From positions 19,068 through 83,067 of IMG/VR virus record IMGVR_UViG_3300031788_000005: a stretch of 64,000 nucleotides of DNA, one strand, 5' to 3'. The notes under the pieces are model-generated. The model searched no databases. It saw only the letters and a list, made by a program, of their open reading frames with translations, and had not been told where the DNA came from. The DNA comes from a virus. The translations under genes were made by a program, and so were the position numbers. This document shows, piece after piece, positions 1 through 12,813 of this stretch (positions are counted from its first letter, which is position 1; the number at the start of each line of letters is the position of its first letter).

Positions 1-161
1 CAGATTCTCACAGAATAGCGGGAAAACTTGTTGGCTATCCAAGGATTTCTTACCCCATACTCCGCGCTCCCATTGTGAAGACCATATATATGTCTTTCCG
101 TCAACAGGATAGATAAACTTTATTCCACCCAAATCTGCGTCTTCCGGCAAATCTTTAATTT

Positions 162-560
162 TCATAGTTTTTTCCAATGAGTTACCTTATCCCAAGTACC
201 TTGTTCAAAACCCTTAATAATCCAGTCATAAACATACCAATTTTCGAGTTTACCCCAATGAGTGGTATATACGAGACCACTACCCTTTTCGCTAGAAGTT
301 TTCATCCACACTTGAATTTCAGTTCCATCCTTGGGCGCGATGCTGATGGGTGCCCATTCTGTGTTCCATTTAAATTCCGCGTAAGCAATTGCTTTTTCTA
401 AAGCATCTTCCATGGCGGGAACACCTAAATCCGCCCATTGGTCAGTGGGCCACTTTCCACAGATTGTAGAAATAGCCTTGTTGAGTTGTGTGCCGAGTTC
501 GGCGATTAATTTTTGTTCTTCCATATTCCCAAATTTACCAGAACGTTCTCCCGAAGTCAA
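162..560 (-). CDS. DUF551-like phage protein
   Basis: C-terminal W.PI..APKDGT...VTHW signature. Confidence 0.55.
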   Translation of the reverse strand: MTSGERSGKFGNMEEQKLIAELGTQLNKAISTICGKWPTDQWADLGVPAMEDALEKAIAYAEFKWNTEWAPISIAPKDGTEIQVWMKTSSEKGSGLVYTTHWGKLENWYVYDWIIKGFEQGTWDKVTHWKKL

Positions 561-2259
561 GATAAATTAAAAACAAGTTTGCCATGCTTTTGCGAATGTA
601 ATCTCAGAAGGTCTTCCACCAAACAGGCCGCGTGTTCGGGTAATAGATGCGAGAAAAACCTAACTCCCAAGCCATTATACAGGCTTTTGGTCTGCTTTGG
701 GGTTAGTTGGATTTGGTTTTTTTTGCTCATTTTTCTTTCTTTCCTTGGCGATATAGGCGTCATAATCAGCTTCGCTTTTCTCTACGACTTCTTGGATAAA
801 GTGCCTAACATCATCAAAATCCATAACCTCGCCCCTAGAGTTTATTTTATTAGGCTTGGTAAGGTTTTCTTTAAGAATTTCGCGCTCTTCTGGTGGAATG
901 GCGTTAAACACCAGTTCATAAGTAGATTTATAAAAATCTGAGAGAAGCTTGGGCTTCTCGGGTTTGGGCGTGATTGCAGGTGTTTCTTTAGTTTTTGGTT
1001 GAGTTTCTTGCTTTTGTGACATATTTATATCCTAATAGAATTTTCGTTTAAAGTCAACAAAAATTTCACAGTATTGGCAACCTAGAAAAACACAACAAAA
1101 ACATCAAAGGAGGCCGTGTTCTTTCTCCCACTCTTTGCGCCACTTCCTCCGAAGTTTGCACACAATCTTCCACATTGCCACACCCACAACTCGTTCTAGT
1201 TTAATTACTTGTTTCTCTGTTAATGTAGGGTGAGTCAAGTGGCCAACTATCTCATGAAATCCCGAGAGGAATAATTCACGGTCATTTTGTCGTATACTAA
1301 TTTCTGCTGTATGGTCGTAACCCGTTGCGAGTCCCATTAAATAGCGTTGCCCGTATTTTTTTGCTAAATCCGCATAAATAATTCTAGGCTTTTTAATGAT
1401 TACCCGCGAATTTAAATGTTTAGGCATCTTAACCATAATTACACCATACAACAAGTTTGGTTAATTATTTTCTATTAATTTCCCAAACAACAAAACCACA
1501 TACCAAAGCTCCAATAAATAATCCCAAGTAATATGACCAAATAGAACATTCACTCATATATATTAATCGCTATACTCTTTGTCCCAGAGGGAAATTTTTG
1601 GCGGTTTTTTAATATTTTTTTCTTTGTTTAAGACATTTCTTACAGGTCACTCTATCCCATCTATTACTTGTTTGAACAAGGATATAGCGATTAATAGCGT
1701 TAGAATATTTATAAAGTCCTATCCGGCACTGAGTTTCTCCCCAAGTTGGACAAGTTTTATGGATTATTTTCTTAATAAATTAGCACGGCTTTCCGCAGTT
1801 GGGGCAAATAGCTCTTCCAGAACGAGTTACATTTACTTTACAGTTACATCGCGGACACAGCCCAAAGAAAAGCCATACGCCGCGCTTAAGATATTGTTTC
1901 TTATAATGCCACCAATTACCCGTGAGGATAATAAATGAAGCACTAGAAACAATAATAAAAATTAGTAAATATTTCATTATTTATTGCCCTTCCTACATTC
2001 CATAATGGTGCCATATACCATAATGGCAACCACAATATAGACCCATGAGTTATTAAACATAAAATTAATATATCAGAGTATTCGAGTCATTTCAACTCTA
2101 ATCTCGTCCATTGACCGCAATCACTACAACTAACTGTCTTTTCTGAAGTTTTCATATTTTGAAAATTTTTATTGGCGCATACTGGACAAACCCACCAAAC
2201 TTCAATTGGTTTAGAAATATAAGGATTAATTACGATTGTTTTGTTGGTTTTTTCCATAA

Positions 2260-2523
2260 TTATTCTTGGTATAAAATTTTTCCGTGGTTTTTACAAGATT
2301 CATTCCATTCTTTTCGACGTTGTATCTCGATTTTTGCTTCATCTAAAGATTTAAGAAAGTTTTCTTGTTGTTGTTTGTTTGGCGAAAATATATCTATATC
2401 TGATAATTCTTCGCTTCCATTAAACCATCTTCGAATTGCGCCACCACAAATGAATACCCCAAATTGAGGTTCAATTGGCGGCTTAGTGCCACGCATATCA
2501 TCAGTTTTAAGTTGTATAATCAT
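2260..2523 (-). pseudogene. truncated nucleotidyltransferase head (CCA-adding/poly(A) polymerase-like)
   Basis: GGAIR...SDIDIF Pol-beta NTase motif, but only 87 aa. Confidence 0.45.
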
Positions 2524-4077
2524 TTCCTATCCTCGTCTAAAATCATCCCACTCACTGAGCCACCACTACTTTCCATGTACTGAAATTTAGCTTCGGGGTA
2601 TTGTTTAATCAATTCTTTATACCTATAGTAGTTGCCCAGTGTCGGCTTTTCATCTTTGTAAACAACATCAGTCATAACCCCCATCCAATAACCATTCTTG
2701 GGGAATTCCCTACCCTTCGACAAGACGACAAAAGTATACAACTTATCCCGAACGTCCACGCCAGTGTCACTGAACAAAGCATCACTATTACTATGCCAGC
2801 CGCCATGAAGTTCAAAAGTCGTTCCGTCTACCAAAGGAAACGACAATGTGGCACCACCAAATCCAGCCATACTATCTTTGGAATTAGAAGTATTTTTGGG
2901 GTTATTAGTAACATACACATTCGACGCCGCGTCATCTTCGGTCGAAACTAACCAAGTATTACCACTTTTGCCGATATACTTGTTGTATTTGTGGGAGACG
3001 GCTTCGGCTTGTCCTGAGAACGCTCCCTGAGATTTAATTGTATAATCGCTCATATAAGTAACATTACCACGTTTTGATTTGGAAGTCAAGCACCAAAAAA
3101 TTCATCTTGGCATTTTTGGCACAAACCACTCAGCTTTAATTCTTTAAGAGACAATTCGTCTCGAAAGGTCGTGGCATCAATCGGCATAAGACAGAAGGGG
3201 CATTTACCGCTTTCAACATCCTTGACTTGTTGGTCGAATCCGGCAGATTTCATTATTTGTTTGTTCATGGTTTATGCCTTAGTTTTTCTAACGCTTCACA
3301 AAACTCATTTAATTGTTTGGCAGTTACATTCGTACTGGCCCCACTTCCCATAAATGACAAAACTACCACATCGTCATCTATAATTTTGTTTTCCACCAGA
3401 AAGTATTCGGCGGAAACAAATGCCCACCACGTTGCAATGGGAGAGAATTTTTCTAGTAAATGTTTGTTCATAAATCTTTGTGTAAGGAAACTTAAGACAT
3501 TTCATCGTGACTTCCGCGAGACAGAGTACTTCCAGCATAAAGTCGTTTAACACACTGACAAAGATTAGTCGTATCTACTCGACCTAGGTGGTTCATATAT
3601 TCTAGTGTAAAACCTTTTGGAGTTAGTTTAACAACCTTAGCCTTCACCAAACCCTTATAACTCGGCGGGTTAATGGCGACTTCATCACCAACGAAAACAG
3701 GGTGGCCGAATATGTCTAGTTTATGGTTCATATTATTTTAAGTAAATTTGCATTTTTGTTTTGAGATATTTCAATTTCTCAATATCTCTTCGAACGGCAG
3801 TTTGGCATTCGACGGCTGTACTGTTATAAGACTTCTGACGATTAAGCGTATCAAAATTAGTTTCAATGCGAAATATAAGTTGTCCTAATTCGTCAATAAT
3901 GGTTTCGTTTACAGTCATAAATTTTAAAATGTGGACAAAATTAACACCCGAATGTCATTTCTTAACGAAGCTTGAAATAAAAAGGCGCATCGGCGTCCGT
4001 CCAGTTTACCCCGCGTTTTCGTCTTGCCTTTCGGCGTCCACAAAAATAAGATTAGCAGAAGATTCAATATAAGTCAA

Positions 4078-5088
4078 CTACTTTTTTGAATCGTAGTGTT
4101 TATTAATGACCTTAAAACTTCCACCGTTTTTAAGCTTAATGACAACTCCCTCAAACGGCTGGCCGTTAATTTCGGTTAATTCTTCGTCATACTTTTTAAT
4201 TAATTCTGGAGTCAAAATAACACCCTTTTCCAACATTGGAACAGTTTCAATATTAAGTATTTCAGCTACTTTTTCATAGTAGAATAAACCTTCTGTACCC
4301 TCATAATTTAATGTGTCTAAATTTAAAACACTAAATAAAGCAAAACCCAATGGCAACTTCGCATGAGGATTTACCGGACCTGCCTGAATTCCACCCCCGT
4401 AAATCTCGCCACGAAGAGCAAGATTAACTTTAAATTTATTACAGAAATGAGTAAGTTTATTTAAAATGTCTATTTTTTTGGCAATTATAGTATAATTATT
4501 TACTGCGTCCAATTTCAAATCCATAGAACGAGTTGTAATACCAGTATCATAATGGTAATCCCAATCGGCGGTTTCTAATTCTAGCGTCTTCTCCTTACAA
4601 TAGGCAGTCAAACTACTACCGTCAATTTTCAGAGTCACATCAACAATTTCACCATAAGGAATATTAAGAAGATTCTGGTATCTTTCCTCGTCAGACTTAA
4701 AAATTCCGTGGGGTAGATTACCTTTTGCATCAAGATTTTGAGGAAGAGGGGGTTCATAATGCGTTATCCCCAAAATTCCAGAGACTTCATATCCTTCTTC
4801 AGCCAAAAATGTGTTATATTGAATGATTGACGGGCTTTCGACAATACCCATCGAAAAAACACCCCTTAACTTTATGGCTCGAACCCGACTAGACTTTGCC
4901 TTGTAAAATTTAGCCCATTCTGCGTCAGGTAAGACTGTATCTGGGGAAATAAACACAACCAAATCTTCAACCTTAAATTGGTTTCGCTTTACGATTACTT
5001 GGTAATTTAGCACCGTTACGATGGAAAGAAACTCACCGTTAGGATGGTCAATGATTGATTTAATTTTTTCAATACTTGCTAGTTTCAT
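4078..5088 (-). CDS. RNA ligase, Rnl2/DRB0094 family
   Basis: N-terminal KLASIEKI..HPN, motif I KIDGSS, RGEIYG, EGVVIK, FKVIN. Confidence 0.9.
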   Translation of the reverse strand: MKLASIEKIKSIIDHPNGEFLSIVTVLNYQVIVKRNQFKVEDLVVFISPDTVLPDAEWAKFYKAKSSRVRAIKLRGVFSMGIVESPSIIQYNTFLAEEGYEVSGILGITHYEPPLPQNLDAKGNLPHGIFKSDEERYQNLLNIPYGEIVDVTLKIDGSSLTAYCKEKTLELETADWDYHYDTGITTRSMDLKLDAVNNYTIIAKKIDILNKLTHFCNKFKVNLALRGEIYGGGIQAGPVNPHAKLPLGFALFSVLNLDTLNYEGTEGLFYYEKVAEILNIETVPMLEKGVILTPELIKKYDEELTEINGQPFEGVVIKLKNGGSFKVINKHYDSKK

Positions 5089-5099
5089 AAATTTTAAAT

Positions 5100-5236
5100 G
5101 TTGGTGCCAGATTCTCTCGGCCTTGCGAGCCTATTCCACTGACAAATGACTCATACCTCACACCTTTGAGTCCACGACTTGAGAATTCGTGTGCGTCTCA
5201 CACCCTTCTTGGGGTAATGTTCTTTCGCCAACCAAC
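5100..5236 (-). ncRNA. putative structured leader/ncRNA upstream of the RNA ligase
   Basis: Begins 6 nt after a TTGACT-17-TAGTAT promoter; ends pair (GTTGGT/ACCAAC); internal stems GTGTG/CACAC and GACTCA/TGAGTC; GCAA tetraloop hairpin. Confidence 0.5.
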
Positions 5237-7002
5237 AAAATCATACTATCAAACTATTCCGCAGAAGTCAACTCTTTTTAGGCAGATTGTTTGGCTAAAT
5301 AAATTAAATAATACAACCATTTAAAACTATCATCTTGTTCAAGAGTGGGATTGCAATCGGGACATTTCCTCATTTGTAGTAGAGAGTCCGCGATACTCAT
5401 TTCCGCTTCTTTTATTTTAAGAAGTCTTTTTTGTCTGGGCGTTTTAAATTTTTTCATGACTTTTTTCGCGGCTTTTTAGTTGGCTTCTTGGGCGCGGGTT
5501 TGAGTGTTTCTTTCTGGAACTCAGCAAAGTCTTTTAATTCTTTTTCGAGTTTGGCTTTATTTTTCTGTTGGTCGGAGAATTTTTTCTTTTGTTCGGCAAA
5601 TAGTTTGTGGAAAATTACTTTTTGTTCGTCAGCGGTTTTATAAAGTCCTGCATCTGAGTAACATAGGTAAGTACGTAGGGGCACTTGTTTCTCAATATCC
5701 GTACCTTCTTGGTGACACAAAATCACCGGCCCAAGAAGTACTGAGTCGTTTTTGGCATCGGGGTGCATTGTAATAGCAACACAATTGTCATCCCTCAACT
5801 TTTCAAGCGTCTCAATTAATCGTACCCCACACTCATATTGCTGACAAATTATATCTTGTTCAGCATTGAATTGGTCAAGTTCTACCCTAGCAGAAAAGTT
5901 TACTCCATTCAAAATGTATACTGGCAATTTTAAATCATTGGCAATCATAAATAAATTCTAAATCTTTTTTACTTGAGATAGATATACACTACACATATCA
6001 CCCGTCAAGATATTTTTCACATTTAAATAGCGGAGTTTACCGCCGAATTTAACAACCTCAGTCACTTGACCCTCAAAATCTTTCTCAAAGGTATCGTTTT
6101 CAGTCTTGAAAACAAAAACCTTATCAAAGACATGGAACCCGTCTAAATTAAGTTCAAATTGTGGGCTAATAAATTTCATACGACAACGTCAAATTCTCCT
6201 CTGACCCACCTTACTGGCGGAATAAACTCGTCAGGATTTTCTGATTCAATTAAGTAAGTGTCATCCTTTGCACGAAATTCAGTAATTACGCCGACGAAAT
6301 CCTTGAAATTTCCCACAAGTATCCTGACGCGTACCCCGATTGGAAATAGGTCTTTCATTCGGTTAAATACTCCCTTTTCTGAATCCACACTTGGTCTAAT
6401 ACCAAGTTTTCGTCTTCCTGCTTGGCAATTTCCCATCGCGGGTCAAGACGAATAAGAGTATCAGCGTCTTTATAACTCACTAATTGAGTGTCCAAAATGC
6501 GGTAGGGTTTAAATAATTTGAGATAGATTTTGCGGAACATAGTTTTTTTTAGTTTTTGTTTTGGTGTTGATTGCAGCCGAACCATTTTTCGGTTATAATT
6601 TCTTTGCCATTTGTGCCATATGCTCCGAAAGTCATTTCTCGGGAAGCGCCACAGTACATTTCGTCACTAGGATTTTTACTTTCTCCAAAGTGGCTATCTG
6701 GAATGTCAGTCCAGAATTTGCAAGTTGAGCAGGTTTTGTCCATGTTTAAATCCTAACAGAATATTTGTTTTGTGTCAACAAAAATTACCACTTAATTTTC
6801 CCGCCACGATTACGAGCCTTAATAATACGTGTATTTTCTTCCTTCGAAAGCCTGTTTAGTCTTTTTTGGCGGGTTTCGGGTGTCTTGTCGTATTCAGGTA
6901 TGTGGGTGGTGAGGTTAAGTAAAAGACTGCGTTGGAAACGTAGCTAGTTCGTCGTAAAAAATATACGAAGCCGTCTTTCCGCGAATTGGGTCTGAGGGAT
7001 TA

Positions 7003-7695
7003 TTAGTCATTTTTTAGTCCATGTTTTTTTAATTCTGCTCGGTTGAGTTGACGCTTTAAAATTATCTTAAACGACGGAGGAAAGTTAATTATTGTTTCGA
7101 GAATTATATCATGGGGTTTCAGATTAGTTGGATTACTAATAATTCCCGCTTTTATTTGATACCAAATACCATTTAATTTATAAAGCTGATTGTAATTCCC
7201 CAAAATACGACAACGTGCATCACGTGCTTCTTGCTGTTTTTTTTGATAACTTTTCCTAGTCGGCGGGGTGTAAATACAGATAGTCTTTGAAACAGGATGA
7301 ACATAAAAAATTTTTTGACCACCTTCGACTGGCATTGCCGAATCATCGCGGTCACGCCATGGAGTAGGATAGTCGGAATAATAATAAATTTTCTTATCTT
7401 CTCCTACAAACGTATTAAATTCCAGATGACGGCGCAAATTATGGGCCAACCTAAATTCCTTGGGAACCCATTTGGCGTGAACGTAATTGTGAATAACGGT
7501 ATCGACATTCTTTCCAAGATTAGATTCTAACCAACGCTGCATTCTGCGCCATGAAAAATTCCAACCGAAATATTTATCATTTTCCCAAGAATAATCATGA
7601 TTCCGTTCGCGGGAAGGAAGATTTTCTAACTTTTCTTCGCGTTGTGTTTGCCAGTTCATGATTAAGAATTTATTAGATAGGTTGCTTTTTGTCAA
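7003..7695 (-). CDS. hypothetical protein
   Basis: Long ORF; true start probably the ATG of MNWQ, just downstream of a TTGACA promoter. Confidence 0.65.
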   Translation of the reverse strand: MTKSNLSNKFLIMNWQTQREEKLENLPSRERNHDYSWENDKYFGWNFSWRRMQRWLESNLGKNVDTVIHNYVHAKWVPKEFRLAHNLRRHLEFNTFVGEDKKIYYYSDYPTPWRDRDDSAMPVEGGQKIFYVHPVSKTICIYTPPTRKSYQKKQQEARDARCRILGNYNQLYKLNGIWYQIKAGIISNPTNLKPHDIILETIINFPPSFKIILKRQLNRAELKKHGLKND

Positions 7696-8549
7696 CTGAT
7701 TTTTTGGCTTCTGCGTACCTAAGTTCGCTTTTATTGGCAGAGAAAGCGTAATTAAACAAATCCGCTTCTTTCTTAGAAAGAGGAAGTCCTTTACTGATAA
7801 TTTTGCCAGTGAGAGTGTTGATTAAATTGTATGTTTTGTCTTTCATAAAATTACCTCAAAACAATTTCCTTAACCGTATAAGGCACAACAATATACTCGC
7901 GTTCGGTTTCGAGAATTTGTTCAATTATTTTTTTGGCTTCCCGTGCTATTAAGGTATCAGGAATCAACTTATTCCATTCAAGATTTTTATCGCTCTTTTG
8001 GATTTCGTAATAAATAATTCCAGTACGTGGGCTTCTCCAACTAAATACAATGCGGTATTTTTTCATTCAGGAAATAGTTCTTTTTCTAAAACTTCCACGG
8101 ATTTGTTCAGTTTCAGACGATATAACAAATCAAGTTTACGCTTTCGTTCAATGGTATAATGTTCAATTTCATCAATCATAAATCCACCTTCTCCACGACT
8201 GGGATATTCAACTATGATAAATGAAGTATCTAATATTTTAACTACTACCATGGGCTTATTACCCCATATACTATTTTTAGTAGCGAATACTACGTCGCCA
8301 ATTTCGAATGTTTGATTGTTTTTCATGTTTTTAATATAACAAAAAAATCATTAATCGTCAAGTCTTTTTACAAAATTTTTATAAAATTCTGCTACTTTTG
8401 GGGTATATTCAATACTTGCGCCTTCGTGTTCGCCTTTCATCATAACAGCATATCTCCTTCCACAATGTCTACAAAAAAATAAAGCACTTTGTCTGCTTAA
8501 TGGTCCTTGAACTATTAATTTATGAAAACCAAAGAAACATTTAATTTTA

Positions 8550-9044
8550 TTAATCATATTTACAAATATATAACCTCACAGGAGAATCATCAAAAACAGA
8601 ACCAATAATAGCCCTAACCACGTTCCAATTTCCCCCACCGAGATTGCAGCCCATTTTATAAGGTATAGCTAAAGACCTCCCCGAAGGGTCTTTAGCTTTT
8701 CCGACCACTCCCCTGAGAATTGACGATAATCCCATTTCAAATGCATCATAACTGGTTTTGCGTTCGCTACGACCAATATCGAACTGACCGTATAAATTAA
8801 TGACATACCTAATATTAGGATTGATTCGAGTATCATTAGGGCGAGGGATAACTTTGGCGAATGAATAGGTGCCGAGTTTATTAATATCTCCCTTGGCGGT
8901 CTTGCAGTCAGCTTCATAAGCTTCTGGGAATAACTCTCTTACATAACGAGCCACGCCGCCACCCATAATATGAAAACAATTAGCACTATGAATGATGGCG
9001 TCCGCATCAGCTTTGAACAAATCACACTTAATTTCATTAATCAT
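8550..9044 (-). CDS. macrodomain (ADP-ribose binding/hydrolase) protein
   Basis: DLF...IIHSANCFHIMGGGVA, NLYGQ, PYKMGCNLGGGNW. Confidence 0.9.
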   Translation of the reverse strand: MINEIKCDLFKADADAIIHSANCFHIMGGGVARYVRELFPEAYEADCKTAKGDINKLGTYSFAKVIPRPNDTRINPNIRYVINLYGQFDIGRSERKTSYDAFEMGLSSILRGVVGKAKDPSGRSLAIPYKMGCNLGGGNWNVVRAIIGSVFDDSPVRLYICKYD

Positions 9045-10040
9045 AAATTTCTTTTTCTGTCATCCACAAAGCCGCAGATTCCCAGTTAGCAAACCAAACA
9101 TTTAAATTACTTCTTGGGTTCAATCTTCGGTCCTTAAAATTCCACCACAAAAACCATTTTTTATACTGGCACCTATATCTATGACCGTCTAGTAAGATTC
9201 TTCGTTTCATTTTAATTTGAAAAATGTATTTATAATTAAAATCCTATTACAACCCTCAATCAACGTCAACCTTAAAATGGCATAAACAACAAATCAAATG
9301 CTTTATCCGCCAATTCTCCATCCAAAACATACCAGTCGCCGGATGCATTAACCATTAAATTAATGATGTTGTTGTAGTTAACTGGTTCTTGTTCATTAAC
9401 ATTTGTAGAAAATGGCTTTCGCGGACGACCCCAAGGTTCAACAGACAAAGAATTACCCTGCGGATTCATGCCCACAATCCACTTACCGAGACACGAATGT
9501 TTCAACATTAAAATACGCTTTGAATTTAGCGCCCTAAGAAGGGTTTCCAGTTTGGTAATTTTAAAACATCCAATATTGCGCGTTGAGATAAAGTTATCAT
9601 CCCAAATTTTAGTTATAGACTCTTCTTCAAGAATCTCGTTTTTGACTTTAATTAGGTCATCGATTTGTTGTTGTATTGTTTCGGATTTTTTCATAAATTT
9701 TCCCATCCCTTTTTTGGTTTAGCGTCAGTTGGTTTACGAAAGCCTTTTTTATCTTTCGCGATTTCTTTCCAAATATCCATCATTTCACATGGCAAATCAG
9801 CTACTTCAACAAAATTACCGTCTCCCTCGCGGATTAATTTATTGTGATAATATTTTAGTGAAGATGCAAACTCACTATTTAATTCTTCCCAAGCTTCTTT
9901 TTTGGTTTCCGCGCCCCAACAAGACTTAGACCAGTAAGGATAATTAGGATGCCATGACCACCAATAATAATGATATTGAAGAGTTTTATCCTTAACCTTA
10001 AACGGAGGAACTTCAAAAGGGCAATTTGGTGAATTAGAAT

Positions 10041-10439
10041 TCATAAATTTTTAAGATACTGTACCAAAAATGGTACAAGTTTCAACTTTAAAGCTTCTTT
10101 CTTTGTATAAAGTTTCCATTCTGAGTGTTTTTCGGGTTCTAGGTTTTTTACTCCATCAAAAAAAAATTCACTATCAAAACGATATTCAAAGATAAAAACC
10201 TTATGCTTGTATTTTTCTACAACGTGACAGTCTGTTAAAGTGGGATTTCCCCATAATTGAATATCTGTTTCTTCCATAACTTCCCGCCGTAGACCTTGGA
10301 CAATAGTTTCACCTTTGTTAATCTTGCCACCTACACCACCATAGTAACCATTAAAAACCTTACCATTACGTTGTGCAAGCATGATTTTCCCATTAAACCA
10401 CATCAGACACACGGCGCATTTTTGATAATCTTTCTTCAT
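10041..10439 (-). CDS. Nudix hydrolase
   Basis: Nudix box GGKINKGETIVQGLRREVMEETDI; NLEPEKHSEW. Confidence 0.9.
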   Translation of the reverse strand: MKKDYQKCAVCLMWFNGKIMLAQRNGKVFNGYYGGVGGKINKGETIVQGLRREVMEETDIQLWGNPTLTDCHVVEKYKHKVFIFEYRFDSEFFFDGVKNLEPEKHSEWKLYTKKEALKLKLVPFLVQYLKNL

Positions 10440-10728
10440 AATTATTTCCCCTTTTTGGTTGTTTTTTTACTACCACCCCATACTTGGTTGAATTGGGCTT
10501 GTGATACGACCATCCAAAGACTATCTTTAATTCCCCTAAGACCATGGTCTAAGAAGGCGGCAACAACATGCTCATTGGCCCATTGATTAAATTCCTCGAA
10601 GTTCATTTTGTCTGTTGTTTTTTCTTTCATATTTCAATACTAACACATTATTAAATTATTGTCAATTAAAAAAGAGCGACGAGAATCTCGTGCTTCCCGC
10701 CGCCCTTTCTCGAATCGGCAGACCTATT

Positions 10729-12813
10729 TTAACTACCGACAAGATTCACATATTGGGTAACGCCTTCCAAGAACTTCTCGTTATTTTGCCAATATAAATT
10801 CTCAAACAATGGATAATTTGTGATGACTTCCGAAGCCACCGTCTTCAAATCGTGTTCAGCTTTGCCAGCCATGGAATAATATTCCTTCCAAGCAATGGCA
10901 GTGTCTAGAACCTTTTTGTCGTTTGAATATTTCATATACTCGAATACTTCATTAGCCTTAGCCAATACAGTTGTGTTGCTAACTTTCTTAGCAATCGACC
11001 CAATGTAGGGCAACCAGCTATAAGATGAATTAGACTCATAAGCCAATCTATTAATAAGTTTCTGAGAAATCTTATTAGCGTCAAAATATTTAGTTAACTC
11101 CTGTTCGATAAAGTTCCATAAAGAAATCATACCTGAATTCTTAAGGACAATATCCCGTTTAGCAATCTTGAATCCATAAAGTTTAGGAATAGTAATCCCA
11201 AATACCTTAAGGTCTTCAATAATTTTATTGAGTTTACTGGAATGAACTAACATCCTAGCTTTATCTTCATACTTAAACCCTTCTAAAATAACATATACTC
11301 CCGAATCATTGGCGATATCAACAGTTTCCTTCTCCCAGTAACTAGAGTTGCTATGGCCAGTACTAGTATGACCAGCAGCATAAACATGGTTATAGATAAA
11401 CTCTTTACTTGCATGCTTTAAATTCTTAACTGGCCCACCGCTTACAGTAGATAGAACGATTTTTGGCAGTGAACTTAGGAGGATAAAGTTACTATCCACT
11501 AATCCCGTCTCAGTCAAGAAATCCTGCTTATCCTTTTCAGTGTTATAATGAAGGATATAGACATCCTTACCACCGCTGTTAAAAACTAGGTTATAGATAC
11601 GGTTACTGATACCGTTGGCAATTTTCAGGTCATTGTAGATAAGAACCGTCTTATCGCTACAGGAAATAGTATTATAATCGCAGACTTTAATCTTACTACC
11701 CTTATAACTACTTTCGTACTTACGCAGTAGGAATGTATTAATGTTTTGATTCTCAAAACGGATATCAGAATTCAAGACAGCCTTACCATTGAAGGTTAGA
11801 CTGGATTTAATCATCCCGCGAAGAGCGTAAAGATTACTCCCATAATCCATGATGGTACCATAATATTTACAGGCATCAAACATAGTGGCGCAAGATTGAA
11901 AACGGATATTAAGAGTCGTGGCAACTTCCTTAATAATTTCCTCCAACTTAGCCTTGATAGCGTCTTTGGTTTTGGTGTTGTACTCCAAAGATTCACGGGA
12001 AGCTGAAACAGAAATATCCCCAATACCAAATTGGACTTCCAACCCACAGGAAAGCGCGGCTGAAATAGCTTCGTTCTGTCCAAATTGATTATGAATGGGA
12101 TAGGCAATATTACCCATGATAGCTAGTGCAGTGGTCGTCCCGCCATAGATAGCCCAATCTTTCCCTTCTACAATCGCCGTTCGCGGTTCATAGACCAAAT
12201 CACTTCCATATATAATAGGACGAACCTTGAAATGTTGAAAAAGAGTCTGAGCCTTTTGAATAAAAGCCAACACGTCATAATCCTTAACGGCAACGCAAAC
12301 TTCTACTCCATCGCTTTCCAAAGTGGGTTCGCTTGCCAACTTTGCAATCTGGCTAAGATTTTCGCTATCCACATAAATGTTGTAGGTGTTCTTAACTCCA
12401 CCGTAATAGGAAGTTAGAATAAATGAATCGCCATAAGCCAAGGGAGCGACTTTTCCAATTCCCATAAAACCAGCCTGAAGATTAGTCCCGCGCTTTGAAC
12501 TAGAGCCATAATAAGCATACAGATTGACAATTGAATCTTCGGACATACCAGTGCCGAAATCGCGAATTCGCAAGGTTGTTTCATTACGTGTGGGAAGTGT
12601 TACTTCAATGGGACGGTCAGGGCATCCAGCCTCAACATGAGAGTCAATCGCATTTACCGCAATTTCACGGATGACTGCCATGATTTTATCTGAGTAGATT
12701 TGGGAGCGAAGAATGTTTTGAATGAAACCCATACCCTCCTTATGGATTCCCATTTCTTTGCTCAATTTAATACCGTGTGTTTGGACTGTGTTTACGTTTT
12801 GTTCAATTATCAT
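10729..12813 (-). CDS. rIIA: rIIA-like protein (N-terminal GHKL/HATPase domain)
   Basis: IYSDKIMAVIREIAVNAIDSH, IRDFGTGMS, SSK, GFMGIG; rIIB nearby. Confidence 0.88.
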   Translation of the reverse strand: MIIEQNVNTVQTHGIKLSKEMGIHKEGMGFIQNILRSQIYSDKIMAVIREIAVNAIDSHVEAGCPDRPIEVTLPTRNETTLRIRDFGTGMSEDSIVNLYAYYGSSSKRGTNLQAGFMGIGKVAPLAYGDSFILTSYYGGVKNTYNIYVDSENLSQIAKLASEPTLESDGVEVCVAVKDYDVLAFIQKAQTLFQHFKVRPIIYGSDLVYEPRTAIVEGKDWAIYGGTTTALAIMGNIAYPIHNQFGQNEAISAALSCGLEVQFGIGDISVSASRESLEYNTKTKDAIKAKLEEIIKEVATTLNIRFQSCATMFDACKYYGTIMDYGSNLYALRGMIKSSLTFNGKAVLNSDIRFENQNINTFLLRKYESSYKGSKIKVCDYNTISCSDKTVLIYNDLKIANGISNRIYNLVFNSGGKDVYILHYNTEKDKQDFLTETGLVDSNFILLSSLPKIVLSTVSGGPVKNLKHASKEFIYNHVYAAGHTSTGHSNSSYWEKETVDIANDSGVYVILEGFKYEDKARMLVHSSKLNKIIEDLKVFGITIPKLYGFKIAKRDIVLKNSGMISLWNFIEQELTKYFDANKISQKLINRLAYESNSSYSWLPYIGSIAKKVSNTTVLAKANEVFEYMKYSNDKKVLDTAIAWKEYYSMAGKAEHDLKTVASEVITNYPLFENLYWQNNEKFLEGVTQYVNLVGS

